A DNA stretch of 64,000 nucleotides, from NCBI GenBank assembly GCA_951406725.2, contig OX597814.1, positions 55,490,001-55,554,000 on the forward strand. The letters are read 5' to 3'. Below the pieces are notes generated by a model that saw nothing but the letters and a program-made list of their open reading frames with translations, was not told the origin of the DNA and did not search any database. Made by a program: the position numbers and the translations under genes. Source of the stretch: Octopus vulgaris. Taxonomy: Eukaryota. Of the stretch, positions 39,131-53,129 are shown in pieces. The stretch's first letter is position 1, and each line of letters opens with the position of its first letter.

Positions 39131-41674
39131 CACACGCACATTCATACATATATTTATCCTCATCATCAGTTTAATCTGTTTCTCCATGCTAGCATGGAAA
39201 GATCTTTTCCAGCAAACCATCATGTCACTTGTTGTAATCCTTCATGATGTTAAGCTTCTTCAGATCAGAATTTACTGTTTCTCATGCCTTTCACTTGGAT
39301 TATTTGACACACATCTCATTCTCCATACATATCAAATATCTGTCTGTAATAGTTCAGTCTTTTGTCATGTATTCAACAGCTAATTGCTCTTATATCCAGT
39401 TTTTGTCACACCACATTTAAATCCTGTCATTCATACACACAATTATTATATTCCTGCTCCCAGCTGATGAAGAACAGCCAGAATGTTTTCAGGAAAACCT
39501 ATAAGTAACTCCACCTCCTATAAAATCCAACATGGAATTAAATTAGAAAGACACGCATCAAGTATCAATAATGAGCATTCTTTGAACAAATTATTTTACA
39601 ATTAAAAAATCTATAAGTACATTCTAAATATAAAAATATTTTTAAACATGTTAAAAGGGGGGAAAAAAAAGAAAGAAAAGGTATGGATCCTGCAAAGAAA
39701 TATAAGTTTGACAGAAGGAAGAAATAAATAGGAAAAGAGGACCAATTCCATTCATACTCCAGCATCCACCTATGAGTTAATTTCATGAACTTAGTAAGAA
39801 TTTTAAATCACAGTAACTAGTTTTAGGGATAGTGACATAGCTCTGCTTCTGAAAAATATTAAGTGCTCAAATATTTTACCTATTATATTAACACCTATTA
39901 TAACTTGTATAGTTGTTAAGTCGACTATTTTTAAATGATTTTTTTCCCTTAGTGCGATGCTTTAAGTACAAGCATTCCACCTTTAAAAAAGAAAAATGAC
40001 AAGCAAAAGGATAAAAGAACTATTAATAAAAAGTTTTATTTTTTAATTAATTTCAAAGTGTAGGCAAATAAAGCAAAATACAGAAAAATCAGATACAAAT
40101 ATAAAGATTAAAAATATAAAGATCTGTAAATTCCATAATAGAGTCCATATATATAAGAATATATTATTGAATCATGCAAAACATTTCCTTTTGTAAAGCT
40201 GATCACACGCTGCCATTTTATAAAGACATTTTTGCAAGAAACCAATAAAAGTAAACTAAAATGAAAGTAAGCTGAAGCAAAGCATTTAACAGATAAGGTA
40301 GTTCAGTCATGTTTGTTCATATAATGCCTGCAAGATGACTTGTGGGAAATATTAGCTTCTTTTAGAAAATATAGGAAATAACAATACATTGCATATGTAT
40401 ATATAATTCACAAAACATTTATTAGCAATTCGAACATTGTAGCAACACCAGCTTAAAAGCATATAAAACATTCTGTGATGAAGCCTGAAACAAACATTGA
40501 CAGCATATTGATGATTAGCTAATAAAAGTTTAAATAATATATTGGAAAGATATTTATATGTTGCATATTTTGTGCATTTTGTAACAATTTAATGCAATAA
40601 TATAGTTGGGTGAGATAAAAATTCTTGAAATATTTAAACAAGACACTTTTACTATTAGAAGATATATATCCTTTCAATTTATATATTACAATATATATCT
40701 TAATTAAAGATACTGCATTTCTGAAGTTACAATATTAAATCCATAGTAATTTTCTTAGTGTATTACTTTTACTGATTTAGTATATATATTTAATTTATAC
40801 TTTCAGAATTTAAATGATATAGATGTATTCTATTGATTGTATACACTTATTTAATTTTTCATACCTCTGTTGAAATGAACTTTTGATAATTAGATAAGTT
40901 AATAAGTATTTTTGATTAATTTTTCATCTAATAAGTTACATTCTCTCTTAATTCATCATTCTTGCTGTTTACATAGAAATAATCCGCTATTAAGATAAGG
41001 CAATCTCACTTGTACCAATAATTTCATAGCATCAATCTACGTAAGTCTTATAATCATGATCGTCATGATCATCATCATCATTTAATGTCTATGTTGGATG
41101 GTTTGACAGAATCTGATGGACCCAAGAATAGCATCATACTCCAATATTTGCTTTGCCATAGTATCTATGACTGGATGCCCTTCCTAATGCCAACTATTTT
41201 ACAGCATGTACTGGGTGTTTTTTTCATGCCACCAGCACTAGTGAAGCCACCATGCAGCTTGAAATGCTATGAACATCAAGTGGGTAGGTTTATGCTAAGA
41301 GATGAGTGTGAGAGAAAGAGCCAAAGCAGAGTTACATGACAACTCACATTTTAGAAAAGAGGATGGGAGTCATTGAGTGAAGATGGAAAGAGATAAAAAT
41401 ATTGGTGGTAAGGTGTCTGGGTGGGCCCTTAATGTATGAGATGAGTAGGAGTGAGTGAGATGGGTGGACCAGAATAGAGAATGAGTGGAGGTTGCAAGAG
41501 TGTATGAGGGAATGAGAAATGGGCAATAGGTGAGAGAAGGGAAAGTAGGCAACAACTGTAAAGATGGGGTAGGGTTGAAGGATGAATGTAGTGAATGGCT
41601 GATGACCAATGATACAAGAGGTGAATGATTGTGTTGAGCAACAGTATAACAATGATTGTATAGTAGACTGGTAG

Positions 41675-41742
<68 letters not shown>

Positions 41743-42179
41743 ACAGATAGTATGTGGTGTGGTTGGGTAGGTTGCAAGAGTGTGGGGTGTGAAGAGAGAG
41801 AAGCAGACATAGTGAATGAGGAGAGTGAGAGATGTATGGTGGTATTATTTTGAGCTGTATTTTAATTTTGATATATATATATGCACAGTAAGTGATGCAT
41901 TTAACTAAAATATGCTTGTCATTTCCATCTGAAGATCATTTTTAGTATGCTACTTGGATATCATTGATGAACAATGATATACATTCATATCATAACTGAA
42001 GATTTTGACATACATCTGATATTAGATTACACTCACTCTCTTCACTATTACACATGCCTTCAGTTTACTCATATAAATACTTATTGAAAACTTAATTATT
42101 GTAAACCAAACACCTGGGCAATGAAGATTTGTAATTCTAATTATCTGCTACTAACACTAAGATGGTTTGCAATAATCAC

Positions 42180-45100
42180 TTATATATTGATAATGCGGAA
42201 GAAGCAGATGCATGGCTAAAACAGTTTAACCCAAACCTGTTTACAGATGACACTGAGCTTAAACTGGTTAAGTCAATATTTCTCACATTGTGTGGCATCA
42301 CAGCAATCATCAAACTGAAAAATGTCCTGTATGTACAATAGTTTAAGATTGTTCAATTGAAGATTTAAAGTATGCTGTTGAAAATGCAGCTATACTTAAT
42401 GAAATACATGATATCAAGTTGAAATTATTGGATCTAAATCAAAAACAAGAACCAGCTAAATATTCATTGTTAAGAAGGCTCAATGTACAGGCTTTTTATC
42501 TATGTAAATTCTCTACAACCAAAGATGACAAAAAGCAAAGATGACAAAAAGCAAAGATTATAAAAATAAAGATTCTACAAACTTTTCCAAAAGCATCCAT
42601 CTTGTAAGCCTTGTTATAATTATGCAAGCAAAGTAAGTATTTGCTCTTGGATCAGTAATACAACCAAGCTTTAATACATAAATTACTTTATGTTATTGGC
42701 AAAGGCTCTTATCAAAGAAAGCTGAATAAACAAGTAACTGACTAAAGCTGGGTTAAAAATTGTGGCAATTGTGAATCAATACATCCTCCCAGATTCTGTC
42801 CTGCATATGTGAACAAATGATTTGAATGTGAGAGATTGAACTATTCCAGCAAATTAAGACCAAAACCACTGTATTCTACCAAACCTGTCTATAACATTAA
42901 ACTTATGAATCTTAAAGAGTTTGAAGAGGAAGTAACTTTGAATGTAAATTGTGCAACAAATAATAAATTGAATAGACATCCAGTATCAAGAGTGGATGCT
43001 TCAAAGGATGGATTCTAATAAACAAGATTCAATGGATTAGTGCTCCTAAATTGAAAGAAATTGAGAAATATCTGGTGTTGATAAACTAGTACTGGTGCAG
43101 TATGTTGCATTGTTCTAGCCTAACTGTACAAACTAGTACTGGTTACTGGTGCAGTATGTTGCATTGTTCTAGCCTTACTGTGAATGAAATTGTCATTAAT
43201 CCTCAAATCTATTGAGACACATTTAACTTCTGATGATGGTTCAATAACTAGATGTAGTTGGTACTAAAACAGTCTTCACTTTAGAGATAAATAAAAAAAA
43301 TAAAAAGCATCACATCTGTTTTGTTAAAAGTTAATAATCTTTATAACTTTGGCTTTATCAAGGCTGATACTCTGAAAAATATATCATGCAGCTGTGTTTC
43401 TAACTATTTGACATCAGTAAAACATTTTAATGCTATCAGGTAAAGTTAAATATAAAATTTGTTCAGGGTGACATGTTACAATACACCTATAAAAAGAAGG
43501 TCGAAAATGAACTTCCCAGTCTTGCAGTAATGTCCATATGAAGGTATCAACAATGCATCACGATTTGTTTGAGTGTGAAAGAAAGTAAATTAAGAATGAG
43601 TATTGATTACAAAATGCATTTAAATAATAAGATTAAGACTATCATATTTTCTTATTTAAATCCTTATCTAGAAACCAACATTGACTGATGAGCAAGAAAC
43701 AAATTTTCCCTTCATATTGCACTCTTTGAATCAATTGAATAATTCTTTAAGAACCTGCATGCAATATGTGTAAGCAATGATCTTTATTGATCCATAAATT
43801 TCTGCTGAGCCTAACATAACAGCAGTTCCATTTTCCAACATTCTATGGAGTCTATACTGAAGGGAAGTAATGACATAATCATTTGTGAGAAACGCACTCA
43901 TCTTTACAACAACCTATAATATATTAAAGAATTAAGAAAATGTGATTATTGCTAGACTGAAAGGAGCCAGTTTATTAATTAATCCACATAAATGTATTCA
44001 TCATGCATCTTCCTTTAATTTCTTAAGAGTGGATACTTCAAAGGATGGATTCTAATAAACAAGATTCAATGGATTAGTGCTCCTAAATTGAAAGAAATTG
44101 AGAAATATCTGGTGTTGATAAACTAGTATTAGAAGTTTATACCAACATTTACAAATGTAGTTGAACCAAAGTTTACAAAAATAGTTGCAACAAAAAGGAA
44201 TGTTGTTTTTTACTCATGGAATGCATCAAGACCAGGCCTTTCAGGTAATAAAAGAACTTTTTAGATTATATTCTGTTTGGCAACATTCACTACTAAGAGG
44301 GGAACAACTTTCAGTGTATTTGTTTCTAAATTGAGAGTAGCAGGCATAATGTCTCTAAATGGAAAGCACAAACCACATGTTAGTCATACATTTGAGAATA
44401 CCTAAGTGATTTTGGGTCAATATTGAATATGAAACCTATATGGTGATATGATGGGTGAAAAATTGAGATCTTTTCTATTAGGGAAAGTTTCCACTTTGAA
44501 AATACATTTATAATTAACTTTTTTAAAAGCTTGATATATGAATTTCTCAGTAAATTGCCAGAAGAGCTATCATATGACTTCAAACTTGTTTACATGCCTA
44601 GTAAAACTATCAGTCATATTGATGCTCTGAGCAGATTGAAATGGGATTCAGATCAGTCTGATACAATCACTGTCCTAGGTAACAAGAGCATCACTGGCAT
44701 TGTCTGTATTTGTTTATCATAATTTTATGTCTGTTTTATGTATTACAATCTGACATTGGTAATGATGAAAGAATTTTTGCTGAGGGCAAGGAAGTTGAAG
44801 ATATAAAAGATAATTTTAAAGAATTCACACTTGATTCTTGTTTACAAAATCACAACGCTGGAAAATATTGATTTTAGACTAATTCTTTTAGAATGACAAT
44901 TTACCAGATTGTGGAGAATAGTCCTATCTTTAATAATCGCTGCAAATTTTGGCACAAGGCCAACAATTTTAGGAGAGGGGTAAGTCAATTACATTGACCC
45001 CAGTGCTTGATTGGTACTTATTTTATCAACCCCAAAAGGATGAAAGGCAAAACTGACCTTGGCAGAATTTTAATTCAGAATGTAAGAATGGATGAAATGC

Positions 45101-45860
45101 TACTAAGAATTTGTCTAGCATGCTAATGATTCTGCCAGCTTATTTCACTCTTATCTTTAATAAAACAGGCTAAGTCATAATACACACATAAATGTTCAAT
45201 CAAAATTAAAAAATAAAATAAAAACCCAGGGATTAATCTTGGTAGAAACTTTAAAGAATTTGTTAGATCTTGTGATGTGTGCTTAAATTAAATTTAAAGA
45301 CACCCTTTGTGCTGATAAATGGCCCAAATCACAGATCAGGGAAAGGTTACATATGGAATGGGAATAAATAGAGCATATTGGGAAAATTTTGTTCGTAGTC
45401 GACTTTATGTATTCCAACAGAAGTTTCGAAAATGTAAGGTATAGCTAATTTGCTATTTTTCCTAGATCTTGTGTTTCAATGACAGTGGTATTAGATAATG
45501 CACTAGAATTGATTTAGTTAAAGGAACAGTTAAACTTATTTGCAAGAAAATTGATTCTACTTACAGTCAAATATTTAGTGATGCAGCAGAAAGAGCTGTG
45601 CAAAGAATAAAGTTTGCATTAAAACCTTCCAGTGCATCAGCTGATAAAGTTAATGAGTATTTGTTAAAGTTTCTTTTTAATTCATTGTGCATCTCCAGTT
45701 GAGAAACTACATAGTAGACAATTAAGAGTAGTAGTAAGCTATTTTAAAAAGGTTGAACAACTGGTTAATTACAAGAACAGTATAATGAAATTTCCTGCAG
45801 ATGCGTGTCATTTGACTACAGACCAGATTAAATGTGAAGATGAGAATTTTCTGTGAGTGT
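42180..45860 (+). mobile_element. Highly decayed Ty3/Gypsy LTR-retrotransposon internal region
   Basis: Ordered remnants: gag-like EEADAWLKQF, knuckle CGNCESIHPPRFCPA, RT LRMSIDYK, RNase H YDFKLVYMPSKTISHIDALSRL, integrase RLHMEW / VVLDNA / AERAVQRIK; LTRs not recognised. Confidence 0.8.
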
Positions 45861-46439
45861 CAGTTGAATAAATTGCTTCTAAATACATTCCCTAACTACA
45901 TCAGTTAATCATGATTTTAGTTTTGATCATTGGAGATAAATAGCAAACGTCATGAAGTTTAATGTCAGCTAATAATTTATGATTATTAAAAAAAATATCA
46001 AATTGAAGTAAATGATATTATTGACAGGTTAATATCACCCATTTTTCCATCTCTTATATAACTGCCTGTTTATTAAGTAATTCCCTGAATCCATTTCCAA
46101 CAATTCAACATTAGCAATTCCCATAACTATCACTGCAGCTCATATTCAATCTCTAATTTCTTTCATGTGTCTAACACTTTACCTCATGCTGAACTACAAT
46201 GAGGCTTTAACTAAGCTTCATAGTAGTTTAATGGGTAATACAAAACCTCCAACATAAGAACTGCAGAATCCTAAAAGGATATTTAGAAATTACAAAGATA
46301 TAATGAGAAATATGATTCATTTTTTGTGGTTACATTTGTAGTATTCCATATAATTGCTTATGTAGATCTCTGCTCAGTAATTAGTATATATGTGTGTGCA
46401 GAAAATGAATGACAAGAATGACACATGCTTGGTGAGAAT

Positions 46440-47200
46440 GAAGAGCAGTTTTAACATGCCGTTTGGATAATGTTGCATTTACAACAGATATCTGAGGATA
46501 TGAACTTGCCCTTGATATTAGATTACCTACACTATTTTCTATTACTCAGCTACCCAACAATAGTTACTATGCTCATTACTCTTTTATTTTGAAAGAAAAG
46601 ATGTTATCCTCAAATGACTGATGTAGCAGTATCATTGTCAATTACAAGAAAAAAATACTTGCACTGGAGAAAGGTCATTATTGAAGCCTTAAATTGATGA
46701 ACCAGGTCATGAAAGTAGATAAGTATGTTACTGAGAAGTTAGTGCAATACAAGGTTGGTTTGGATAGAGTTCAGTTTTAGTTCGGACCAAAATCTATATT
46801 TTTAATTATACTAGTTCAAAAGTGATCCCAGCTAAACCTCTCAGACCTCTATCTTGCATTTATCAGTTTGGATAGAGCTTTGAAAACTCTTCTGAACTCA
46901 GGTAAGTATTGATCAAATTGGGTGTAGATGAATGCCTTCTACAAGTTGTTTGAGACCAGTAGGAAGGTACTGTGAAAAAAGGTTAGGATTAGTAGAAAAC
47001 TCAGAATGAATTTAATGTACAGGAACATTCAGCAGTAATTTTCACAGATCCTCTTCATATTCTTTATAGTACCCGGAATAATAGCCTAAGTGTTCAGAAC
47101 TAGTTGTCCTTGGGAATTTTTGTGCACTGATAGCCTGGTACACATAGAAATGGCCAACTGTTAGAAAGGAGTTTGACAATAAAGAATTTTTCTCAGTTGT
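46440..47200 (-). mobile_element. Possible very old CR1/L2-like LINE remnant
   Basis: Weak motif echoes (VFKALSKL, DLVHQFKASIMTFLQ); no intact YADD. Confidence 0.3.
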
Positions 47201-48753
47201 ATGAAATGTATGTAAGAAGTGTAGCCATGCAATGTCTTAGGTGCTCAGCTATAGATAATCTGTGAAGGCTAAAGAAAAATATGTAATGAAAAAAAACATA
47301 AGCAAGCTAAGAAGGTGTTGAGGAATTAAATCACCAACTGATGTATGGGAAAAAGATGATTGCACTACTGGTACAGATATGATATGAACATGAATGATAA
47401 ATGATGGGTCAAAAAAGTGTCATGTATTAACTGTGGAAGGTATCAGTGACAGAGAAAAATTAAGGAAGATATGAGAGGAAGCAGCAAAACTAGGATGTTA
47501 GGTTCTCTCAGATATGACAAAAGATCATGAAAAGTGATGGTATGCCATACTGCAGATCTCATCAATCTATATTATCATGGAAAAATGGCTGTGAAAAAAA
47601 CAATGACAACCTGCTAGTGATGATAATGAATTTGACTGACTCAATAAAATATTTTCAATTCAATATTCTAATATTTTTCCATGCTTTGACATGCTTGCAT
47701 GGGCTGGACAAACCTTCTGAAGTAGTGTCTTGTTATATTTCTATGTCATCTCTTTAGTGAGAATCAAACTTCTGAAATCAGATTTCATCACTTCTCTTAA
47801 CTTCCTTTCCACAGGTTCCTTTCACATGGCTTGCTTGGCACTTCTCTACCCACTGTCTTCTTTCATTCACATCACATCTTCATACCAGGGCAGACTTCTT
47901 TCGAAACCACTACATCTAATCCATCTTATATTCAGTTTTTCTCTCAGTTTATGTTTCTTTGTCCATTATATAGTCAGCAGAGTATGCTTGCCTCATTTCT
48001 GTACAATATTTATCAGATTAGTTTAAATTTTCTGATTTGCTAAAAATATCAAGCAGTGTTACTTAATGTTACATCTTAGTTCTAAATTTTCAGGTATCAC
48101 TAGCTTTGAACAATCCAACATACATTATTGCTATAGGTTAAGTAAACAAGCTTTCACACTTGTTATTTTGTAGTTAATCAAAATTTCATTTCACAAACTG
48201 ATAATATTGACATTAAAATCAATAAATTCAAATCAAAGAATGATTTATTCTTTACTTTCAGTTCACATCAAGCTACAGCACTAAAAACTATTTCTGTTGT
48301 TTAACTCTAGGTCAGCCTTAATTGAGTAGGCCTATGATCAAATGCATTCCAGCAGTGACAATCCCATATGTTGTATATTTAAGGACCACATTATCCAACA
48401 TGCTTTTTCTTTCTAATGTCTGAACTGAGGGAAATTTGACTGCAATTTCTAACATAGAACAAGTGTGTAGGGGTTCTCTTAAAGTCTCAAATCAATAAAT
48501 AGTATTTTTAATTTTGGTAGCTTATACATAAGAAAGCACTCTCTTTAGAAATAAAGCAAAGAGATACAGAGGAAAAGACACCAACAAATAGTACTATAAT
48601 GATTAATAGTAACTACATAATTACACTTTCTACACACTTGTACAAATGCAAACAGTAATTCTCAAAAAAGTAAAATACCTTCAGTAGAGTTGCTTTATCA
48701 AATCTAGCATATACATAATCCGATATAGCCATTAAAAATAGATATGAATGCAA

Positions 48754-48808
<55 letters not shown>

Positions 48809-48809
48809 T

Positions 48810-49035
48810 TCTTTACTACCCACAAGGGGCTAAACACAGAGGGGACAAACAAAGACAGACAAACGGATTAAGTTGATTACATCGACCCCAGTGCGTAACT
48901 GGTACTTAATTTATCGACCCCAAAAGGATGAAAGGCAAAGTCGACCTTGGCGTAATTTGAACCCAGAACATAGCGGCAGACAAAACATGGCTACGCATTT
49001 CGCCTGCCGTGCTAACGTTTCTGCCAGTTCGCCAA
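48810..49035 (-). mobile_element. tRNA-head SINE with conserved central domain (CTTTCATCCTTT.GGGGTCGATAAA..AGTACCAG), (ATT)n tail
   Basis: A-box TGGCAGAAACG, B-box GGTTCAAAT. Other copies at ~6770-6960, 16960-17180, 24900-25060, 36215-36430, 44940-45140, 49080-50650, 61940-62155 and 63330-63460. Confidence 0.88.
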
Positions 49036-49603
49036 GAATAAGAATAATAAGAATAATAACAACAACAACAACAATAATAATCTGTCCTACTATAAGGACA
49101 AGGCCTGAAATCTTGGGGTAGGGAACTAGTCGATTACATTGACCACAGTGCTCAACTAGTACTTATTTCATCAAATCCTGAAAGGATGAAAGGCAAAGTC
49201 AAGTTTGGCAGAATTTGAACTTAAAACATAAAGACAGATGAAAAGCCGCTAAGCATTTTGCCTAATGTGCTCATGATTCTGCACACTAGCTACATTAATA
49301 ATAATAATAATGATAATAATAATAATAATAATAATCTTTTCTACTATAGACACAAGGGCCTGAAATTGTGGGGAAGGGCCACCAAGCATTTTGCCCAGTG
49401 TGCTAACGATTCTGCCAGCTCACTATCTTAAATAATAATAATAATAACAATAATAATAACAACAATTGTTTCTAATATTGGCACAAGGGCAAAAATTTTA
49501 AGAGAAGGGTTTAATCAATGCCACTGACCCCACTACTATATTTTAACAACCCTCAAAAGATGAAAGACAAAGTTGACCAAATAAGATGTGGATATGTAAC
49601 ATA

Positions 49604-50202
49604 CGAGATCTAATCAAAAAGTACTGGGATTGTTGCTATGGTAATGCAGCTAAAGCACACAGAGTGAAGCTGCTTGGTGTAGATTGACCTTGAACTGTGT
49701 CATGTACGCATACTAAGTTATAACATTCTCACTCATTGCTGTTGTTTATAGCAGTGCTTGGAAGTAATGTGTATACAGCATGGTCATCTCACCACATGAC
49801 AGAGGTTCTATTAATGACCAGAGAAAATATGAGGCAGAGAAAATATATGTGCATGCACGCATGTGCGTGCATACAAATGTGTATGTGCGTGTGTGTGTGT
49901 ATGTGCACATGTCTGTCTGTGTGATGGTTATTATGGCCAAGAATCTTTCCAAAAAAGTCAAGTCCTGCATGGAAGAACAAGATTTCAAGACATGAAGGAA
50001 ATCCAAGAGAATGCAACAAGGCAGCTGTTCACTATCCCCAAAATGGAATTCTAGGAATACTTCCATCAATAGAAATGATGCTGAATAAAGTATGTGGCTT
50101 CAGAAGAGGAACTACTTTGAAGGAAATTAAATAATGAATTGACAGGTGTTGTAGTTTACCACTTACGTAGCATCAGTCCTAATACATTTTGATCAAAGCT
50201 CA
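49604..50202 (+). mobile_element. Short non-autonomous mariner (MITE-like), apparently inserted in a SINE
   Basis: Imperfect TIRs ta-cgagatctaatcaaaaagtactggga / tcctaatacattttgatcaaagctca-ta; C-terminal transposase remnant (...EENYFEGN*). Confidence 0.7.
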
Positions 50203-50937
50203 TAAAGATCCAGATAAAACACTGCAAAGCATTTTGTTTGATGCTTGAGCAATTCTGTCTGCAGATGTTGATGATGATAATAATAATAACAGTTTCTAAT
50301 CTAGGTACAAAGCCAATAAGTTTGAGAGAAGGAGGTTAGTTGATTCCATCAACCATCGTTCTTGACTGGTAGTACATTTTAATAAACTCAAAGGATGAAA
50401 TGTAGGATTTGAACTCAGAACATCATCGTCATCATACTATTATTAATAATAATTCTCTCCATTAAAGGAACAATTCCTGAAATTTTGGGAGAAGATGCAA
50501 GTTGAATGTATTGAGCCCAGTGCTTGACTGACCCCAAAAGGATAAATGCAAAGCTGACCTCAGTAGCATTTGAATTTAGAATGTAAAGCTGGAAAAGATG
50601 CTACCATGTATTTTATCCAACATGGTAAAGATTCTGAGAGCTTGCTGCCTTGGTAATAATAACAATAAGTGAGGTCGTAAGATTTGTCTCAATTTACACA
50701 GGTGATGTAAAAAATATAGATATACCATTTCAGACAAGTGATATAATCATGTACTAAAAGAAGAAAAAAAAAAAACTATAAATGAACTTGGTAAGTGAAA
50801 AATTTCTAAAGATTTCAGAAATCCATACAGAATGACTCAACACTGTAGACCAGATATCAATATACAGAATCAGTTATCATCTGAGTTAAAATCCATTATA
50901 CAGGTTGGATACCGAGCTTGTTTTCTTAGAAAGTTAC

Positions 50938-50963
50938 TTTCTGTCTCAGGCTTTTTGTTAAAG
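50938..50963 (-). CDS. Candidate 26-nt micro-exon (SLTKSLRQK)
   Basis: Strong pyrimidine tract tttttttccctcctttcttc...caag|, donor AAA|gtaact; phase 1->0 would link the DIYNHQ frame of the 56249 exon to the 37272 exon. Confidence 0.3.
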
Positions 50964-51179
50964 CTTGACAGTTAATATGAAGAAAGGAGGGAAAAAAACA
51001 ATATCTTATAACCACACAGTAAAATATTGTTATATACTACTGTAACAAATAATAAAATTTAAAAAATGTACTCTTTAAAGGCTATATTCAAAACTTGTAG
51101 TGCTCTGGAAGAGAAAACAGAAAAATATGGAAGAAAGGAAGTCAAATTTTGAAAGAAAGCAGCATTATTTAGTGTTTTT

Positions 51180-51700
51180 CATAAATACAAAAGTGGTTAT
51201 GGGATGACAAGTATAGCTAACTCTGGTTACAGAATAGAATATAGATAAAAGATCAAAGGAATGATTTTAGCAGTACATGAACAAGCCCTAAGGGCAAAAT
51301 GAATCAAAATCATGGTAGATCAGCCAGACTGGTCATCTAATTATAAAATGTAAAGCAATCCACATGTAACTAAAGCTTACATTGAATTGGAATGTCCAAA
51401 GTTAATTCAGATTGAATGAAATAAGTATAGGTATCATAAGATTGTTGTAGTAATTCACTAGAATTCCTGCAAGAGATTCAGTTTCGCATGAATGCAAAAG
51501 AGCTTTTTGCATTCATTTTGTAGGAATAGAAATGGAAATCCTTAAAAACGATGAATGAGGAGGTTATGGGACTTACCTATACTAAACAAATGGAGAACAG
51601 AATGCAAGTTGGGTATTGTAGTCATTGATAAAGAGAAACTATGTATCGTAATTGATGTGGAATGTCTGTTAAATACCATAGTAAAGAAAAAGGAGTCATG
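51180..51700 (+). mobile_element. R4/Dong-like non-LTR retrotransposon C-terminal (RLE) fragment
   Basis: ILAVHEQALR, ECPKL, RYHKIVVVIH and LWDLPIL...IVVIDKEKLCIVIDV in the expected order. Confidence 0.6.
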
Positions 51701-52244
51701 ATCCAATCAATTAATCTTGGAAAACTAGACCTTACTTTAATAGTGGGTGTATTGCAGGAAACCTTTTTACCAGCTCTGTTAAAAATCATCCAAATAAGCT
51801 TTGATACAAAGTAAGAAAAGATATGAAGAGTGGAAAAACACTTTTATATAGATGGTATAAAAGTGCTCCTCATCAAGACAGTGAGTTGTAGTTTGATTGG
51901 AAGTAAAATTAAACTGGTTACAACACCAATACTGTGTAACCAAATAATAAATAATATACTGTTGATACTGTTGATATATACACTTTGATGCACTTCATCA
52001 TAGATCATTGTTTATAAGTTGAAGGCAGTTGTATATAAAGCTTACTGTGCTGGAAGTAACTATATTCACCTTTTTTAAAAAAATCTAATATCATATAACT
52101 ATAATTTCCAATAACTATATTTTAGATAGGCACAAGGCTATATATTTATACTAGAGAAGTGTAGTCAGTGAAATCATATTTGGTACAGGCATGAATGTAT
52201 GTACTTATGCATGTACATACGTATGTGTGTGTGTGTATACGATA

Positions 52245-53129
52245 TGAGGTGTAGTCAAAAAGCATCCAACCTTTGGCAAAAAAACAAACAAGTAATATTA
52301 AAAATCTCACCATTTTGATCTAGTCTTCTTCAAAGTGTTAACCTTGGAATTTTACACACTTCTGCCACTGTTCCTACCACAACTGAAATCATTTCTGGAA
52401 ATCACATTTTGGGATGCTGTGGAGCTGTGCTGTTGAATTTTGCTTAATTTCCTCTGTTGACTCAAATCTTTTCCCTTTGGGTGTTTTTTGAGCTTTGGGA
52501 ATAGCCAAAAGTCACATGGAGCCAAGTTTGGGGAGTAGGAACCTTGACAAACAAGTGGTGTGTTTTGCTTGACAAGGAATGCTTTGATGACATGGGTGGA
52601 GATGCCTGTTGTCATGGTGGAGTTGCTAGTTCTTTGCAGCCCACAGGTCAGGTTGTTTTTGCCACACAACTTCATGAAGGTGATGAAGAACCTTTGCAAT
52701 CATTTCATCATTTCTGTTAGTTGATGGTCTGCTACAATGTAGCTCACTGTCCACTGAGGTGTGGCCATCCTTGAACTGGTTATACCACTCCTTTATTTGT
52801 GCTTTTCCTGTAGCATCATCCCCAAAAGCCTTCTGAATCTTCTCGATAGTCTGGGCTTGTGTAACACCAAGTTTTAGGCAGAATTTGATACAGTATCTTT
52901 GCTCAATGCAATTGGTCTTCTTGACTCAAACAGAAAAATCACATAGCACACTCTTCACATCTGTACTCAATGTGTCACTGTTGGCGACTGGTGCAACCTA
53001 CAGACATAAACATTTTTCCACATGCTCAGGAAGGATGCAACCATCTAATACCCATGCAGATTTTGTTCACGCATTAATATTTTGTGCAAAAAAAAAAATC
53101 AAGTTTGGATACTTTTTGACTACACCTCA
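52245..53129 (-). mobile_element. Internally deleted mariner element with TIRs
   Basis: TIRs tgaggtgtagtcaaaaag(c/t)atccaa at both ends, left TA; YSPNLAPCDFWLFPKLK motif. Confidence 0.92.

Noticed and set aside
39464-39505. CTGATGA followed by a short stem
   Set aside because: GAAA is not adjacent to the stem; no stem III, UH or stem I closure.
43684-43700. CTGATGAGCAAGAAAC
   Set aside because: No stem II or stem I; lies inside the Gypsy RT remnant.
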